A DNA stretch of 64,000 nt from an uncultured Spirochaetota bacterium (GTDB lineage: Bacteria > Spirochaetota > Spirochaetia > SZUA-6 > Fen-1364), in the NCBI GenBank assembly GCA_963845535.1, contig CAWJSK010000001.1, forward strand, positions 160,001-224,000. The letters run 5' to 3'. The notes beneath the pieces were generated by a model, which was not told the DNA's origin, searched no databases, and saw nothing but the letters and a program-made list of their open reading frames with translations. Below are positions 1-10,625 of the stretch, piece by piece (position 1 is the stretch's first letter; each line of letters begins with the position of its first letter). A program made the translations under genes and the position numbers.

Positions 1-1665
1 CTCCTTGGCACGGACCCCGTTGACACTATTGTCCCCATCGAGAATGCCACCATGGAGAACCGCACCGTCATCCAGTGGGACAAGACGGACATCGAGACGA
101 TGAACCTTTTCAAGGTGGACCTTCTCGGCCTGGGAGCGTTGACTCATCTCGACTACGCCTTCCGTCTCCTCCAGAGCCATTACGGGAAGGACGTGACGCT
201 TGCTACCATCCCGCCGAACGACGCAGAGCTTTTCGACATGGCATGTCGGGCGGATACCGTTGGCGTGTTCCAGATCGAAAGCCGCGCGCAGATGGCCATG
301 CTGCCGCGCCTGAAACCCCGCAGCTACTACGACCTTGTGATCGAAGTCAGCCTCGTGCGGCCCGGACCAATAACGGGGGGGATGGTTCACCCTTACCTCA
401 GGAGGCGCGCGGGAATCGAGGAGGTCACCTATCCCCACCCCAGCCTGGAGCCGGTCCTCAAGAAGACGCTGGGCATTCCGCTTTTCCAGGAACAGGTGAT
501 GAAGCTGGCGGTCGTGGCGGCAGACTACACGCCGGGGAAGCTGACCAGCTCCGCCGTGACATGGCGGCATGGAAGCAGCGCGGGAGGATCGAGCATCATC
601 ACGACCGCCTGGTGTCCCGCATGGTGGCCAAAGGCATTCAGCCGGAGTTTGCCGAAAGAGTTTTTGGCCAGATCCTCGGTTTCGGCGAGTATGGGTTCCC
701 CGAGTCGCACGCCGCGAGCTTTGCTCTCATTGCCTACGCCACGGCGTACGTCAAATGCCATTACCCCGTCGTGTTCGCCTGCGCCCTGCTGAACGCGTGG
801 CCGTTCGGCTTTTATTCACCGGCGACAGTCATCGATGATTCGAAGCGTCACGGCGTCAGGTTCCTGCCCGTGGACATTCTCCAGAGCCACTGGGACTGCA
901 CCCTGGAGAAGCGTGAAGGGGCCTCCGATTATTCGGTACGCATTGGCTTGCGGTACGTCAAAGGGCTTGGGGAAGGGGACTGGGAGCTCATCCGGGCGTG
1001 GCGCGCACGTGCCTTAACCGGCAAGCTGACAGAGGGACGGGCGCTGGCCCTGTCGGACTTCACGTCTTTCTGCAGGCTCCCCAGTGATTCCATGGAACGG
1101 CTTGCGGAAGTGGGAGCCTTCGATTGTCTCGACACGGAGCGCCGGGATGCACTCTGGGGAGTGCTGGATCAGAGCGAGCGTCCAACGAACCAGCTCGTCG
1201 GGGGGTTCGAGGAATCTCCGGCTTTTCGGCCCTTGAGCGCCGCGGAGGAGATCACCTGGGACTATCTTGCCTCAGACCAGAGTCCGAGAGGCCACGTGAT
1301 GGAGCAATACCGTGAGCGCCTGGAACAGCAGGGGCTCCCTGACGCGGCCGCCATCTCCCGGATGGAGCACGGGCGGAAGGTCTCAATTGGCCGGGTGCGC
1401 AATCTGCCGGCAGATGCCGGGGACCGCTTCCGGCGTTCTCTTCATGACGCTGGAAGATGAGAGCGGCTTTGCGAACCTCGTGGTGTGGGAGAAGGTCTTC
1501 AAGCAGTACCGCACCGTGATCCTCACAAGCTGGCTGCTCGGCGTGACGGGACGGCTCCAGGTTGCCGAAGGCGTGGTTCACATCATTGCGGAGTCGTTCT
1601 GGAAGCCGGAGTTCTTCACCGCGGGGGAAGGAAGAATCACCACATCCCGTCACGACTTCCGGTAG
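1..1665 (+). CDS. dnaE2: Error-prone DNA polymerase III alpha subunit DnaE2 (5'-truncated by window edge; two apparent single-base frameshifts at ~535 and ~1390)
   Basis: ORFs 52..792, 75..1460 and 1312..1665 join into one protein with [41 protein letters not shown]-fold [19 protein letters not shown] and the DnaE2-type C-terminus SRHDFR. Confidence 0.93.
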
Positions 1666-1716
1666 CCCTCGGCGCCTGGAAAGTCATGCTGCCTGACGCG
1701 CTTCGCGCGATGCGGC

Positions 1717-2829
1717 CTAGAGCGCTTTCTCGTAAACCCGGTACTTCCGGTACGCCCTTCCGCCGAGCTTCATCGCCGTGTTCGTCATTGCGGCGTTGTC
1801 TTCCTCCACCCAGGACATCTCCACCGCCGTGTACCCTTTGGGAACGCCGTTTTTGTAGCTGTAATAATAGAAGGCGAGATCAATGCCCCGGTTTCGATAA
1901 TCCTTGAGCACGCCCATGCTCAGCGTGCGCACGAGGTGGGTCCTCTTTTTCGCCGTGAGCAGGTAGTAGATGCCCAGGGGGAACAGATGGCCGCGCGCGG
2001 CTTTGTACCCGACGTTGAAGTCCGGCATGGTGAGAGAGACGCCGACGATTTTTTCCTCCACTTCCGCGAAGAACACCAGGTCGGGATCGATCCCCATCTT
2101 CAGGTCCTTTGCCATTGCCGCCATCTCCTTGGGCGTCATTGGCGTAAAGACCGCGTTGATCTGCTCGTAGGAGTTGTACAGCTCCTGGAACCGGTCATAC
2201 TCGCCCTTGAAATCCTTCATGTTGAGCGTCCGGACCTTGAACCCGCCCTTCGCTTCCACGCGGGGCATGATCTTCGCAAGCCGCTCAGGGATCTCGGGGT
2301 TGTCCATCAGCCACGCCACGAGGTCCTTCCATTTGCGGTTTCCGTACGATTGGATGAGCCGATCGTAGTAGGTGGGGTTGTACGACATCATGATGACGGG
2401 AGAGCCGTCGAACCCTTCGATTTGAGTGCCGATGAGGTCGTTCGCGTTGGGAGACATGGGCCCGATGATCCGCGCGCATCCCTTTGTGCGCCCGAAATCG
2501 AACGCGGCGTCGAAAAGCTGTCGGGCCACTTTTTCGTCATCAATGCATTCGAACCAACCCCAGTATGCCGCCTTCTCCTTGTGCGTCTCCTCCCAGATCC
2601 GGTCATGGATGCCGGCAATCCTTCCCACAACGGCGCCGTCACGTCGGGCCAGGAAGAATGCCCCCTCCGCGTGCTCCCAGAAAGGGTGCTTTTTCTGGTC
2701 GACCTTTCTGAAGTCGTCCATGAGAAGCTGCGGAACCCAGTTGGGGTCCTTGTGGTACAGCGTGTAGGGGAACTTCACGAACTCCTTCATCTGCTTCTTC
2801 GTAACGACCCGTTCGATGGTATCTGACAT
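1717..2829 (-). CDS. GNAT-family N-acyltransferase, YghO / bacterial ceramide synthase-like
   Basis: 370 aa with VGRIAGI, WGWFECIDD, GP...EGF..P..MMSYNP.YY and C-terminal MSWVEEDN..M, which are typical of this family. Confidence 0.75.
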   Translation of the reverse strand: MSDTIERVVTKKQMKEFVKFPYTLYHKDPNWVPQLLMDDFRKVDQKKHPFWEHAEGAFFLARRDGAVVGRIAGIHDRIWEETHKEKAAYWGWFECIDDEKVARQLFDAAFDFGRTKGCARIIGPMSPNANDLIGTQIEGFDGSPVIMMSYNPTYYDRLIQSYGNRKWKDLVAWLMDNPEIPERLAKIMPRVEAKGGFKVRTLNMKDFKGEYDRFQELYNSYEQINAVFTPMTPKEMAAMAKDLKMGIDPDLVFFAEVEEKIVGVSLTMPDFNVGYKAARGHLFPLGIYYLLTAKKRTHLVRTLSMGVLKDYRNRGIDLAFYYYSYKNGVPKGYTAVEMSWVEEDNAAMTNTAMKLGGRAYRKYRVYEKAL

Positions 2830-2886
2830 GGGACCCCTTTCAGCGAGTTGGGATGGCGAACAGGGTACGGCCGGGACGGCGCGCCG

Positions 2887-3764
2887 TCAAGACTTGGGTT
2901 TCAGGTTGGGTTTCAGGTTCTCATCGAAGAAGCCCCAGACGATCCCCTTGTCCGCGTACCCGGACATCTGGAGGTGATCCGCCTCGTTGATGACGTACAG
3001 CGAGTGCTGTCCCCCGGCATCCGCGAGCTTCTTGTCGAGCGCCGCCGCATCTTCCGATGGCGCGATGGCATCCAGCTTGCCGTAGAGCAGCAGCACCGGT
3101 GGATCATCCGACCTGACGTACGTCAAAGGGCTTGCTTTCGTGTAGACGTCCGGCACGTCCAACGCCGTGCCGCCGAGGCTCCAGGAAGCCTCGGAGTCAT
3201 CCATTTTTGTCCAGTCGATGAAGCCCGCGAGGCTGACAACTGCCTGGACATTCGTGTCCGGGCCGTCTCCGACAGGCTCGAAGCCGTCCTCCGGCTTTGT
3301 GAGCCCTGCCATCAAGGCGAGGTATCCGCCATAGGACCAGCCAATGACGCCGATCTCCTGCGCATCGATGTGATACTTCTCCGCGTTCAGCTTCAACCAT
3401 CTGATGGCGCGCTTCACGTCCATGAGCTGGGTTGGAAACGGGTAGCGAGCTTTCCCATGGTCTTCGATCTCGATGTCATGGTAATCGATGGTGACGCCGA
3501 CGTATCCCCGCTGCGCCGCGCTTTCAACCTGCGAGGCGAACGTCGCTTTCGCGTCGGAGGCTGGAGCCGCCAGGAAGAGGAGAGCGGGAAGAGGCCCTGT
3601 CACGTCCGCCGGGCGCGCAAGGTCCAGCCGCAGCACGTTTTCCTTGTCGGTGTAGTAGACGAGGTTTCTCTCCCACACCGTCTTTCCCTGAGCCTGGGAT
3701 TGCGCGACGGCGGCAGACAGCCCGCCCAGCAGCAGAACGAAAGACACCATCTAGAACGTTTCAT
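2887..3764 (-). CDS. Secreted alpha/beta-hydrolase (esterase/lipase, BD-FAE-like); likely start 3764 with a 1-nt slip before MVSFVLLL at 3750
   Basis: Nucleophile elbow GWSYGG, YPFPTQLMDVKRAIRWL, SPLTYV..DDPPVLLLYG..D, catalytic His in EADH, and an N-terminal signal peptide. Confidence 0.8.
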
Positions 3765-3803
3765 TTTCGACCCCCGTGGGAGCAATTATACCATGAGTTC
3801 CCG

Positions 3804-4527
3804 TCATTGTTTCTGTATGCGTCCGGCAAACATCTGTATGGTGCGCGCCAGGGCGCTTCGTTCCTCCTCCGTCCCGAGGCTCCTGTTTCCCGCCTGGTGA
3901 AGCTGCGTAAAGGCAAGGAGCGTCATTCTCCAGGCCTTCCAGGGCTTGCTTCATCAAAGGCACTGTTTCCTGCAACCATCGGCCAAGCCGATCTCCGCGC
4001 AGAATGTCGCAGGCGGTCGCAAGGACATGACAGAAGTGGCTCAGGCAGAAACCGCGGGAAGCGCGGTACACCTCCAGGAACGTCGGGTCCTTTCGCCAGA
4101 GGTACAGGACTGTCCAAGCGTACCGCGTGAGGTCCTGGCCAAGCAGGTCGCAAATGAAGCAGGAATCCCTGAGACTCTCCAGCGACCCGATCATCTGCTG
4201 GATCCGCCGCGCCCGTTCCCGCGCTCCTGCCCGCGCAGCCTCGATCGACCCGTCCAGGGCCGCGTGGAGATCAGCCGTTCTCTCCTGCAAATGAGTGAGC
4301 ATCACGAGCGCAAGGCCGAGCTTGTTTTCCCCCTGGTAGAGCTTCCCGAGGTGATCCGGACAGAATCCGACCGCGTTCGTTTTCACGCGGACATTCGGCT
4401 CCATGACGCGCGAGTGCTGAAAGGAGAGAAGGTACGTCCGTTCGGCGCCGTCAAGGAGCGTGCACATTGGACATGCTCCTCCCTGTGCGTAAGCGTCATG
4501 GACCTTACTGATCTCGAGCTTGGGCAT
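3804..4527 (-). CDS. DUF6062-like Cys/His-rich protein (apparent frameshift at ~3921)
   Basis: Duplicated CPMC..GFCPDH / CFIC..GFCLSH motifs and an AAGGAG RBS before ATG 4527. The shifted frame gives a plausible C-terminus LLAFTQLHQ...ALARTIQMFAGRIQKQ ending at 3804. Confidence 0.65.
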
Positions 4528-4604
4528 TCCTCTCTCCTTGCTTCGCTGAACGTCGTCTTGTGATGCAGGGTCTATAATGGTACAAATTCGTGGCACGTGT
4601 CAGG

Positions 4605-6524
4605 ATGAAGGCGCGAACGTTCCTCACGAAGGCTGCGTTCTTTCTCGTGTTTTGCGCCCCGCTTGCGGTTCCCGCGCCGTGCGCGGGGCAAAACGGCCAG
4701 GGGCAGCCTGGCGCTCGCGTGCTCTGTGATGCTCTGGTCGGATTCAACGGCACGGTGCGTGAGGGCAGCTTCGCGCCGGTCATCCTGAGCGTGGAGAATC
4801 CCGGTCAGCGCACCAGCGCGGAAATATCCGTGACCGTCACGTGGGGCGCTTCCCGCGCCGGGCAGCCCGGGTTCACCGTCACTCGTGAAGCCGCGCTGGA
4901 TGAGGGCTCTACCAGCCGGTTTCCGTTCGTGGTCCCGCTTCCCCGCAATGCGCGCGCGCTTCGCGCCGCTGTTGCATCCCAGGGCGTCGAGATCGGCAGC
5001 GTGGAAATCGATCCGCGTTCACTCGTGGAGGCTGACAGGATCATCGTTGGCATCAGCAGCGACTTGTCCCTGGATGCCGTCTCCGCCCTTGGCGCCGGTG
5101 AGGGGTACTCCGCTCGCGTCGTTTACCCTCGCGTTGACGACCTGCCCCGTAGCTGGGCCGGCTATGACGGAGTGGATGCCGTCATCGTCCACGACACCTA
5201 TTTCCGCCAGCTTCGCTCCGACCAGGTTGACGCCATCGAGAAATGGGTGGTGAGCGGAGGCATCCTGGTCTTCACGGGAGGCGCCGCGGCGCTGCAGCAC
5301 GAAGCGGCCGGTTTTGGACGCCTCCTGCCGGTCCGCGTCAACGGCCTCACGCAGCGTGGCGGGATTTCCGTGTCCGTGGGCGGAAAAGCTCCGCGGCGCC
5401 TCCCGGGCCGGGTGGAGCTGGCCGACACGCAGCTCGTGCGCGGAAATGCTCTTCAGACGGACGGGACCTTGCCGCTGGTTGTGCGCTACAGCCTGGGCCG
5501 CGGGAAAGTGTGGTTTCTCGCGTTCGACCCGACCTCGCCGCCCCTTTCGACGTGGGACGGCACGCTTGCTCTGTGGCGGAGCATCCTGGAGACGGACAGG
5601 GTCCCCGTCTTGGGCGCGGCGTCGAGGCCGGCAATGGAAGACCCGTGGATTGCCGCCGTCTTTTCGGCGGCACCAGCCTCTTTTCCTCCCGCGTACGCCG
5701 CGCTTGCTTTCGTCGGCGCCTACCTCGTCCTTCTGACGCCGCTCTTTCTGGCGCGCGGGATTCGCGGCCGCGCGCGGCTCCTGCTTCTTGCCGTGGTCTG
5801 CACCGCGGCGGGTGCCGCGGGGTGGCTTTTGTTCAACCGCGCGCTTTTCGATTCGGCGCTCCAGGTCATGGACATGGCCCGCGTCGAAGCCAGGTCAGGA
5901 GACGGCGTGGCCTTTGTCACGGAGAAAACCGCGTTCTTTTCTGCTTCGGCTCGCCGCGTGGAAGCCCGTCTTGGCTCCGCTGACGCGGTGGTAGAAGCCG
6001 CGGGGCTCAGGACCTCGCAGAACCTTCCCCCAGTCGAGCCGCACATTTTTGAATCCCCTGCGGCCTCGGGAACCTTAGTCACGGGGATCGACCTGGACAG
6101 GTTCTTCGCGCGGCTGATTGCGGTCCAGGATACGGTCCCGTTTGACGTCACCGCGCGCATCGATAAAAACGGACCTTCCCTTCATGTCTTTGTCCATAAC
6201 GGGACCGGCAAACCCCTCTCGGGGTGTTATATCCTCATGCCCAAGCGGGCTTTTTCCCTCGGTGACCTCCCGGCAGGCGCCGAGATTCAACGCAGTTTCA
6301 CGGATTCCGAGGGCGTACGGTCGGATACGGCAGGCGCAACGTTCGCCTGGGTGGACAAGCGTCGCGCGGCCCTTTTCGAAGCACAGGAAGGTGAGATGCA
6401 TCAGGATGGGCCTCCACGGCTTGTCGGTTGGATGGACAGCCCGGTGCTCCCGATCTCGTTCGCCGCGTCCCACCCGTTTGACGGCGCGCCGGGGCTCGCC
6501 TTGGTGAGCGTGGAGGCCGAATGA
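4605..6524 (+). CDS. Exported/membrane protein with class I glutamine amidotransferase-like domain (MoxR-VWA operon)
   Basis: Signal peptide, LP.SW.GYDGVDAVIVHD, AIEKWVVSGGILVFTGG, YSLGRGKVWFLAFD and two TM helices. Confidence 0.7.
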   Translation: MKARTFLTKAAFFLVFCAPLAVPAPCAGQNGQGQPGARVLCDALVGFNGTVREGSFAPVILSVENPGQRTSAEISVTVTWGASRAGQPGFTVTREAALDEGSTSRFPFVVPLPRNARALRAAVASQGVEIGSVEIDPRSLVEADRIIVGISSDLSLDAVSALGAGEGYSARVVYPRVDDLPRSWAGYDGVDAVIVHDTYFRQLRSDQVDAIEKWVVSGGILVFTGGAAALQHEAAGFGRLLPVRVNGLTQRGGISVSVGGKAPRRLPGRVELADTQLVRGNALQTDGTLPLVVRYSLGRGKVWFLAFDPTSPPLSTWDGTLALWRSILETDRVPVLGAASRPAMEDPWIAAVFSAAPASFPPAYAALAFVGAYLVLLTPLFLARGIRGRARLLLLAVVCTAAGAAGWLLFNRALFDSALQVMDMARVEARSGDGVAFVTEKTAFFSASARRVEARLGSADAVVEAAGLRTSQNLPPVEPHIFESPAASGTLVTGIDLDRFFARLIAVQDTVPFDVTARIDKNGPSLHVFVHNGTGKPLSGCYILMPKRAFSLGDLPAGAEIQRSFTDSEGVRSDTAGATFAWVDKRRAALFEAQEGEMHQDGPPRLVGWMDSPVLPISFAASHPFDGAPGLALVSVEAE

Positions 6525-7252
6525 GCGTCAGGGAAGGCTTTCGGAAGTATCTCTCCGATCCCCTCATCCTCCGCACCTGCCTGTACCTTGCCGCCGGCCT
6601 CGGCGCGGCCCTCTTCATCGTATGGCCGCGCTCAGCCCTGGAGACCGCCGTGCGAACAGGCATGGGACCGGGTGCCTTCGCCCTCGTTGCCACCTTTTTC
6701 CTCGCTCTCCTGCTTCTCCTGGAGGCGCGCTTCGGCGCCCAGGACTTTTCAACTGATCCAACTGTCCACCTCCAGGAGCACGTGCGGTTGACGCGCGCTT
6801 CCCTTGTGAGGCTCGTCGGAGGGCGGGCGACGTTTGGTTTCCTCCACACGCTGCTTCTCCTTCTCCTCGGCGCCCCGTTCCTTGCCGCCTCCCTTGCGGT
6901 CGGGGGCATGGGGCTGCCGCATCTTTTTCGCGGTCTTGCGATCATCGGCGCCGCCGGCCTCGCCTCCCGCGCACTGGGCCTTCTCTCGCTCTGCGTCTTC
7001 GGCACGCGCCGTCCGCTGCGTGAGATTGCGCTGTATCCCGTCCTTGTCGGGATCCTGATTGCGACGTTTCTCACCGCGCCTTCGGTAAGCCCGTTCTGGA
7101 CACTGAACAAGCTGCTCGTGGATGCCGGCGGCTTCCCGACGTGGCTCCTGTCCGTCCTCGCGGATCTGGCGGCAGCGTTTGTGTTCTTCGGTCTTTCGGT
7201 CCTTGCTCTTTCGGCCGTGCGCGCAAGAGCGCGGAGGTTCCCCCATGGGTGA
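6521..7252 (+). CDS. Integral membrane protein, ABC-2 permease-like
   Basis: 243 aa with about six hydrophobic segments; ATGA overlap with the upstream gene. Confidence 0.65.
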   Translation: MSVREGFRKYLSDPLILRTCLYLAAGLGAALFIVWPRSALETAVRTGMGPGAFALVATFFLALLLLLEARFGAQDFSTDPTVHLQEHVRLTRASLVRLVGGRATFGFLHTLLLLLLGAPFLAASLAVGGMGLPHLFRGLAIIGAAGLASRALGLLSLCVFGTRRPLREIALYPVLVGILIATFLTAPSVSPFWTLNKLLVDAGGFPTWLLSVLADLAAAFVFFGLSVLALSAVRARARRFPHG

Positions 7253-8633
7253 TCCGAATCATGCAGCGCCGGATTTCATGACGCAGGTTTCCCGTCTTGC
7301 GCGCGTTGCCCGCAGGGACGTGCTCATCCGTCGATGCCTGGCAGGTTTCTTCTTCGGTCTCCTGGTCGCGCTCCTGACGGCGGTTGCAGCGGGAAGCGTG
7401 GATCTTCCTGTGCCGACGCTGCCGCTCTCCGCCGCGGAAGCGTTGGCCGGCCTGGTGGCAGGAGCGCTTTCTGCCTTGCTCTTCCGCCCGAAAGCAATGC
7501 GCCTCCTGCTCCTCGCGGACGCCGTCCTGGGAAGCAGGGAGCTGGCCAGCACCGCTTTGGAGCTTTCGACGAGTGAGAGCCGGGACGCCGTCGGGTTTGC
7601 GCGCGCCGTGGTGGAGGACGCCACACGGCTTCTTGCGGAGACGAACCCTCGCGCCATCCTGGGCAGGTTGCGCCTGCCGCTTTTGCCGTTCATTGCCGTG
7701 GCAGCGCTTTGCACCGCGGGTGCGCTGGTTTTTCCCGTGAACCTTCGGTCGCTTTTCGCGTCTCCCGCAAACAAGGGCAGCGGCATGGGCCAGATAGGGG
7801 AGGATCTTCGCGCGCGCGGGGAGATGCTGGCCGAAGCGGCGAAGGGTCAGGGCCTGGACAGATCAATCGAGCTCTCACGCGAGCTTGCCCAGCTCGGCGC
7901 TGATCTCGAAGCCAGGAAAGTCACCCCGAAGGATGCCGTGGAGCGGATGGCGCAGATCGAATCCGGGCTGTCGCAGGAGTACGAGCTTCGCAAGCAGGAG
8001 CTCGAGTCCGCTAAACCCGGCGTGCCGGGACCAGGGGCAGGTAAAGCTGGACAAGGGGAAGACGACGTGACCAGGGACCTTGCGGATACGCTGGACCGTC
8101 TGCGCAAGGCGCAGCGTGAGCTGAACGGTCAAAGCGGTGATGAAGCGCAGGGCGGTCAGGGACACGGTGACCAGGGAGAAGCGGACCAGGGCAAAGGCAG
8201 CCCAGGCGGTCACGCGCAAGGGGACCAAGCCTACGGCGGGCAGGGGCAAGGTAAGGAAGGGCAGGGTCAAGGTCAGGAGGGGCAGGACAAAGGCAGGGTT
8301 GGCGCTGGCCCCGGCAATGAGAACGGTCCAGACAGATCGGGAGAAAGCGGTATTGGGACGCTGCCGGCGCCGCAGAAACGAGGCCCCGCCTCTTCGATTG
8401 CAAGGGGGGACGCCGGACCGTCGCTCCAAGCCCAGGGAGAAGCCGCCAATGAGGATTCCACCCGCTTGCTCGCAAGGTCACTCCCTGAATGGACGGGATC
8501 CCGGCTCCCCGAGGAGGCCATTCTCAAACAGTACTCCCGCCAGGTGGAGAGCGCGCTGGCCCGGGACCAGATCCCGTTGAAGCTGCGTCAGTCCGTGAAG
8601 GAGTATTTCATGACCATTGGCGTCACGAAGTAG
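7245..8633 (+). CDS. Membrane-anchored coiled-coil protein with G/Q-rich low-complexity region
   Basis: Three N-terminal TM segments, helical heptads, a GQG-rich tract and C-terminal IPLKLRQSVKEYF, of the type found next to moxR genes. Confidence 0.7.
   Translation: MGDPNHAAPDFMTQVSRLARVARRDVLIRRCLAGFFFGLLVALLTAVAAGSVDLPVPTLPLSAAEALAGLVAGALSALLFRPKAMRLLLLADAVLGSRELASTALELSTSESRDAVGFARAVVEDATRLLAETNPRAILGRLRLPLLPFIAVAALCTAGALVFPVNLRSLFASPANKGSGMGQIGEDLRARGEMLAEAAKGQGLDRSIELSRELAQLGADLEARKVTPKDAVERMAQIESGLSQEYELRKQELESAKPGVPGPGAGKAGQGEDDVTRDLADTLDRLRKAQRELNGQSGDEAQGGQGHGDQGEADQGKGSPGGHAQGDQAYGGQGQGKEGQGQGQEGQDKGRVGAGPGNENGPDRSGESGIGTLPAPQKRGPASSIARGDAGPSLQAQGEAANEDSTRLLARSLPEWTGSRLPEEAILKQYSRQVESALARDQIPLKLRQSVKEYFMTIGVTK
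8120..8310 (+). repeat. Degenerate in-frame GQG/DQG repeats
   Basis: Encodes GQGHGDQGEADQGKG...GGQGQGKEGQGQGQEGQDKG. Confidence 0.6.
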
Positions 8634-8668
8634 GGAACGGAGAAGCAGGGGAAGGCAAGGGGAAGGCA

Positions 8669-9718
8669 ATGGAAGAACGCGAAAACAGCATTCCGATGGA
8701 AGCGGCTGACGCGCGAGAGCAGGCGGCCTGGGCCGGCGGCATGGTGCGCTCTTTGCAGGAAGAGATCGGCCGCGTGATCGTGGGTCACGAGGACGTGATC
8801 CACGATGTGCTCGTCTGCCTGTTCTGCGGGGGGCACGCTCTCCTGGAAGGAGTGCCCGGCCTGGGAAAGACCACGCTCATCAAGTGCCTGGGGCAGGTGC
8901 TGGACCTTGGCGCATCGCGGATCCAGTTCACTCCCGACCTGATGCCCGCGGACATCATCGGGACGAACGTGCTGGTGCCGGAGGAGACCCAGCAGGCAGG
9001 GGACGGGGCGGAGGCTCGGCGCTACGTCCAGTTCCAGAAAGGGCCGGTCTTTGCCAACATCGTGCTGGCGGATGAGATCAACCGCGCCACCCCGAAGACG
9101 CAGTCAGCCCTGCTCGAGGCCATGCAGGAGCAGACCGTGACGGTGGGAGGCGCCACCCATGCCCTTGACCAGCCCTTCATCGTGCTTGCCACGCAGAACC
9201 CCATCGAGATGGAGGGCACGTATCCGCTTCCCGAGGCGCAGCTGGACCGGTTCTTTTTCAAGCTTGCTCTCAGCTACCCGTCGGCTGCCGAGATTTCCTC
9301 CATCATTGACCGCACCACCACCGGAGCGGCCGCCGCGCTGGAAAAGATCGTGGGTGCCGACGCCATCCGCCGCTTGAAAGCGCTCGTCCGTGAGGTCCCT
9401 TTGGCGGAGCACGTGAAGGATTATGCAATCAGGCTCGCGCTCGCCACCCGTCCCGGCACGGGCACGGCCACGGAGCTGGTCTCCCGGTACGTGCGCTACG
9501 GGGCAAGTCCCCGGGGCCCGCAGACGCTCGTGCTCGCCGCAAAAGCAAACGCGCTGTTCGAGGGAAGGCTCAATGCAGGCTTCGATGACGTGAAAGCCGC
9601 GGCACGCCAGGGGCTCCGCCACCGGATCCTCTTCAATTTTGAGGGGGAGGCGGAGGGAATCACTTCGGAGCAGATCATTGATGACGTCCTCTCCCAGGTT
9701 CCAACCGTGAAGGATTGA
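8669..9718 (+). CDS. moxR: MoxR-family AAA+ ATPase
   Basis: Walker A EGVPGLGKT, RIQFTPDLMPADI, Walker B LADEINRA, ATQNPIE.EGTYPLPEAQLDRF. Confidence 0.95.
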   Translation: MEERENSIPMEAADAREQAAWAGGMVRSLQEEIGRVIVGHEDVIHDVLVCLFCGGHALLEGVPGLGKTTLIKCLGQVLDLGASRIQFTPDLMPADIIGTNVLVPEETQQAGDGAEARRYVQFQKGPVFANIVLADEINRATPKTQSALLEAMQEQTVTVGGATHALDQPFIVLATQNPIEMEGTYPLPEAQLDRFFFKLALSYPSAAEISSIIDRTTTGAAAALEKIVGADAIRRLKALVREVPLAEHVKDYAIRLALATRPGTGTATELVSRYVRYGASPRGPQTLVLAAKANALFEGRLNAGFDDVKAAARQGLRHRILFNFEGEAEGITSEQIIDDVLSQVPTVKD

Positions 9719-9731
9719 GAGCGGCCAACCA

Positions 9732-10625
9732 ATGGACTCCGCGCTTTTCGACAAGGAGTTTCTCCACAAGCTGGAATCCCTGGCGTTCATTGCCCGCAGG
9801 CTCCGCCGCGGCGGCGGCCACGGCGCCCACCAGTCGGTCCGTCGGGGCACCTCCCTGGATTTCGCGGACTTCCGCGGCTATCAGCCGGGGGACGACTTTC
9901 GGACCATCGATTGGGGCATTTACGGCAGGCTGGACAAGCTCGTGGTGCGGCTGTACGCGGAAGAGGAGGATCTCACCATTCATCTCCTCCTGGACTCCAG
10001 CGCTTCGATGTCGTTCGGGACGCCTCCCAAGATCGACTACGCGCGGAAGCTGGCGGCCGCGCTGGGATACGTGGGGATACGGTCACTGGACCGCGTCGGG
10101 GTGACGACGTTCGCCGCCGGCCTGTCCGGCGCCCTCGGTCCCCGGCGCGGGCGCGCGCAGCTCTTCCACCTCCTGGAGCACATGAGCGCTCTTGCCCCCG
10201 GGGGGCGCACCGACATTGCGCGGTCTCTGGAGGAGTACGCGCGCCGGTCCCGCAACCCGGGGCTTGCCATCGTGATATCGGACCTTCTGGATGATTCCCG
10301 GGACGGCTACCGCCGCGGCCTCCAGGCGATGCTCTTCCATGATTTCGAGGTGGTCCTGGTCCACGTGCTGGACCCGGAGGAGATCAACCCCGGTGAGCAG
10401 GGCGCCCTTCGGCTCACCGACATGGAAAGCGGAAAGGTCCTTCCCCTGCACGTGGACCGGCAACTGCTCGCGGCCTATCGCGCGAGGGTGGAGGGGTTCT
10501 TCGCGGAGGTGGAATCCTTCTGCCTGAAGAACCGCATCGAATACCTGCGCGTGGCGACCATGGTCCCGTTCGAGGACGCGGTGCTGCGCTACTTGCGGCA
10601 GGGCATGCACCTGCATACCCGATGA
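9732..10625 (+). CDS. DUF58 domain protein
   Basis: DFADFRGYQPGDDFRTIDW, LDSSASM, VISDL; lies directly after moxR. Confidence 0.92.
   Translation: MDSALFDKEFLHKLESLAFIARRLRRGGGHGAHQSVRRGTSLDFADFRGYQPGDDFRTIDWGIYGRLDKLVVRLYAEEEDLTIHLLLDSSASMSFGTPPKIDYARKLAAALGYVGIRSLDRVGVTTFAAGLSGALGPRRGRAQLFHLLEHMSALAPGGRTDIARSLEEYARRSRNPGLAIVISDLLDDSRDGYRRGLQAMLFHDFEVVLVHVLDPEEINPGEQGALRLTDMESGKVLPLHVDRQLLAAYRARVEGFFAEVESFCLKNRIEYLRVATMVPFEDAVLRYLRQGMHLHTR

Noticed and set aside
520..1400. Programmed frameshifting or pseudogenisation of dnaE2
   Set aside because: There is no slippery heptamer, and similar single-base indels occur in many unrelated genes, so sequencing error is more parsimonious.
4591..4606. 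TGGCAC as a sigma54 promoter (also at 17261)
   Set aside because: There is no TTGC at the -12 position in either case.
8647..8668. AGGGGAAGGCA x2 before moxR
   Set aside because: A short purine-rich duplication of the RBS region with no further structure.
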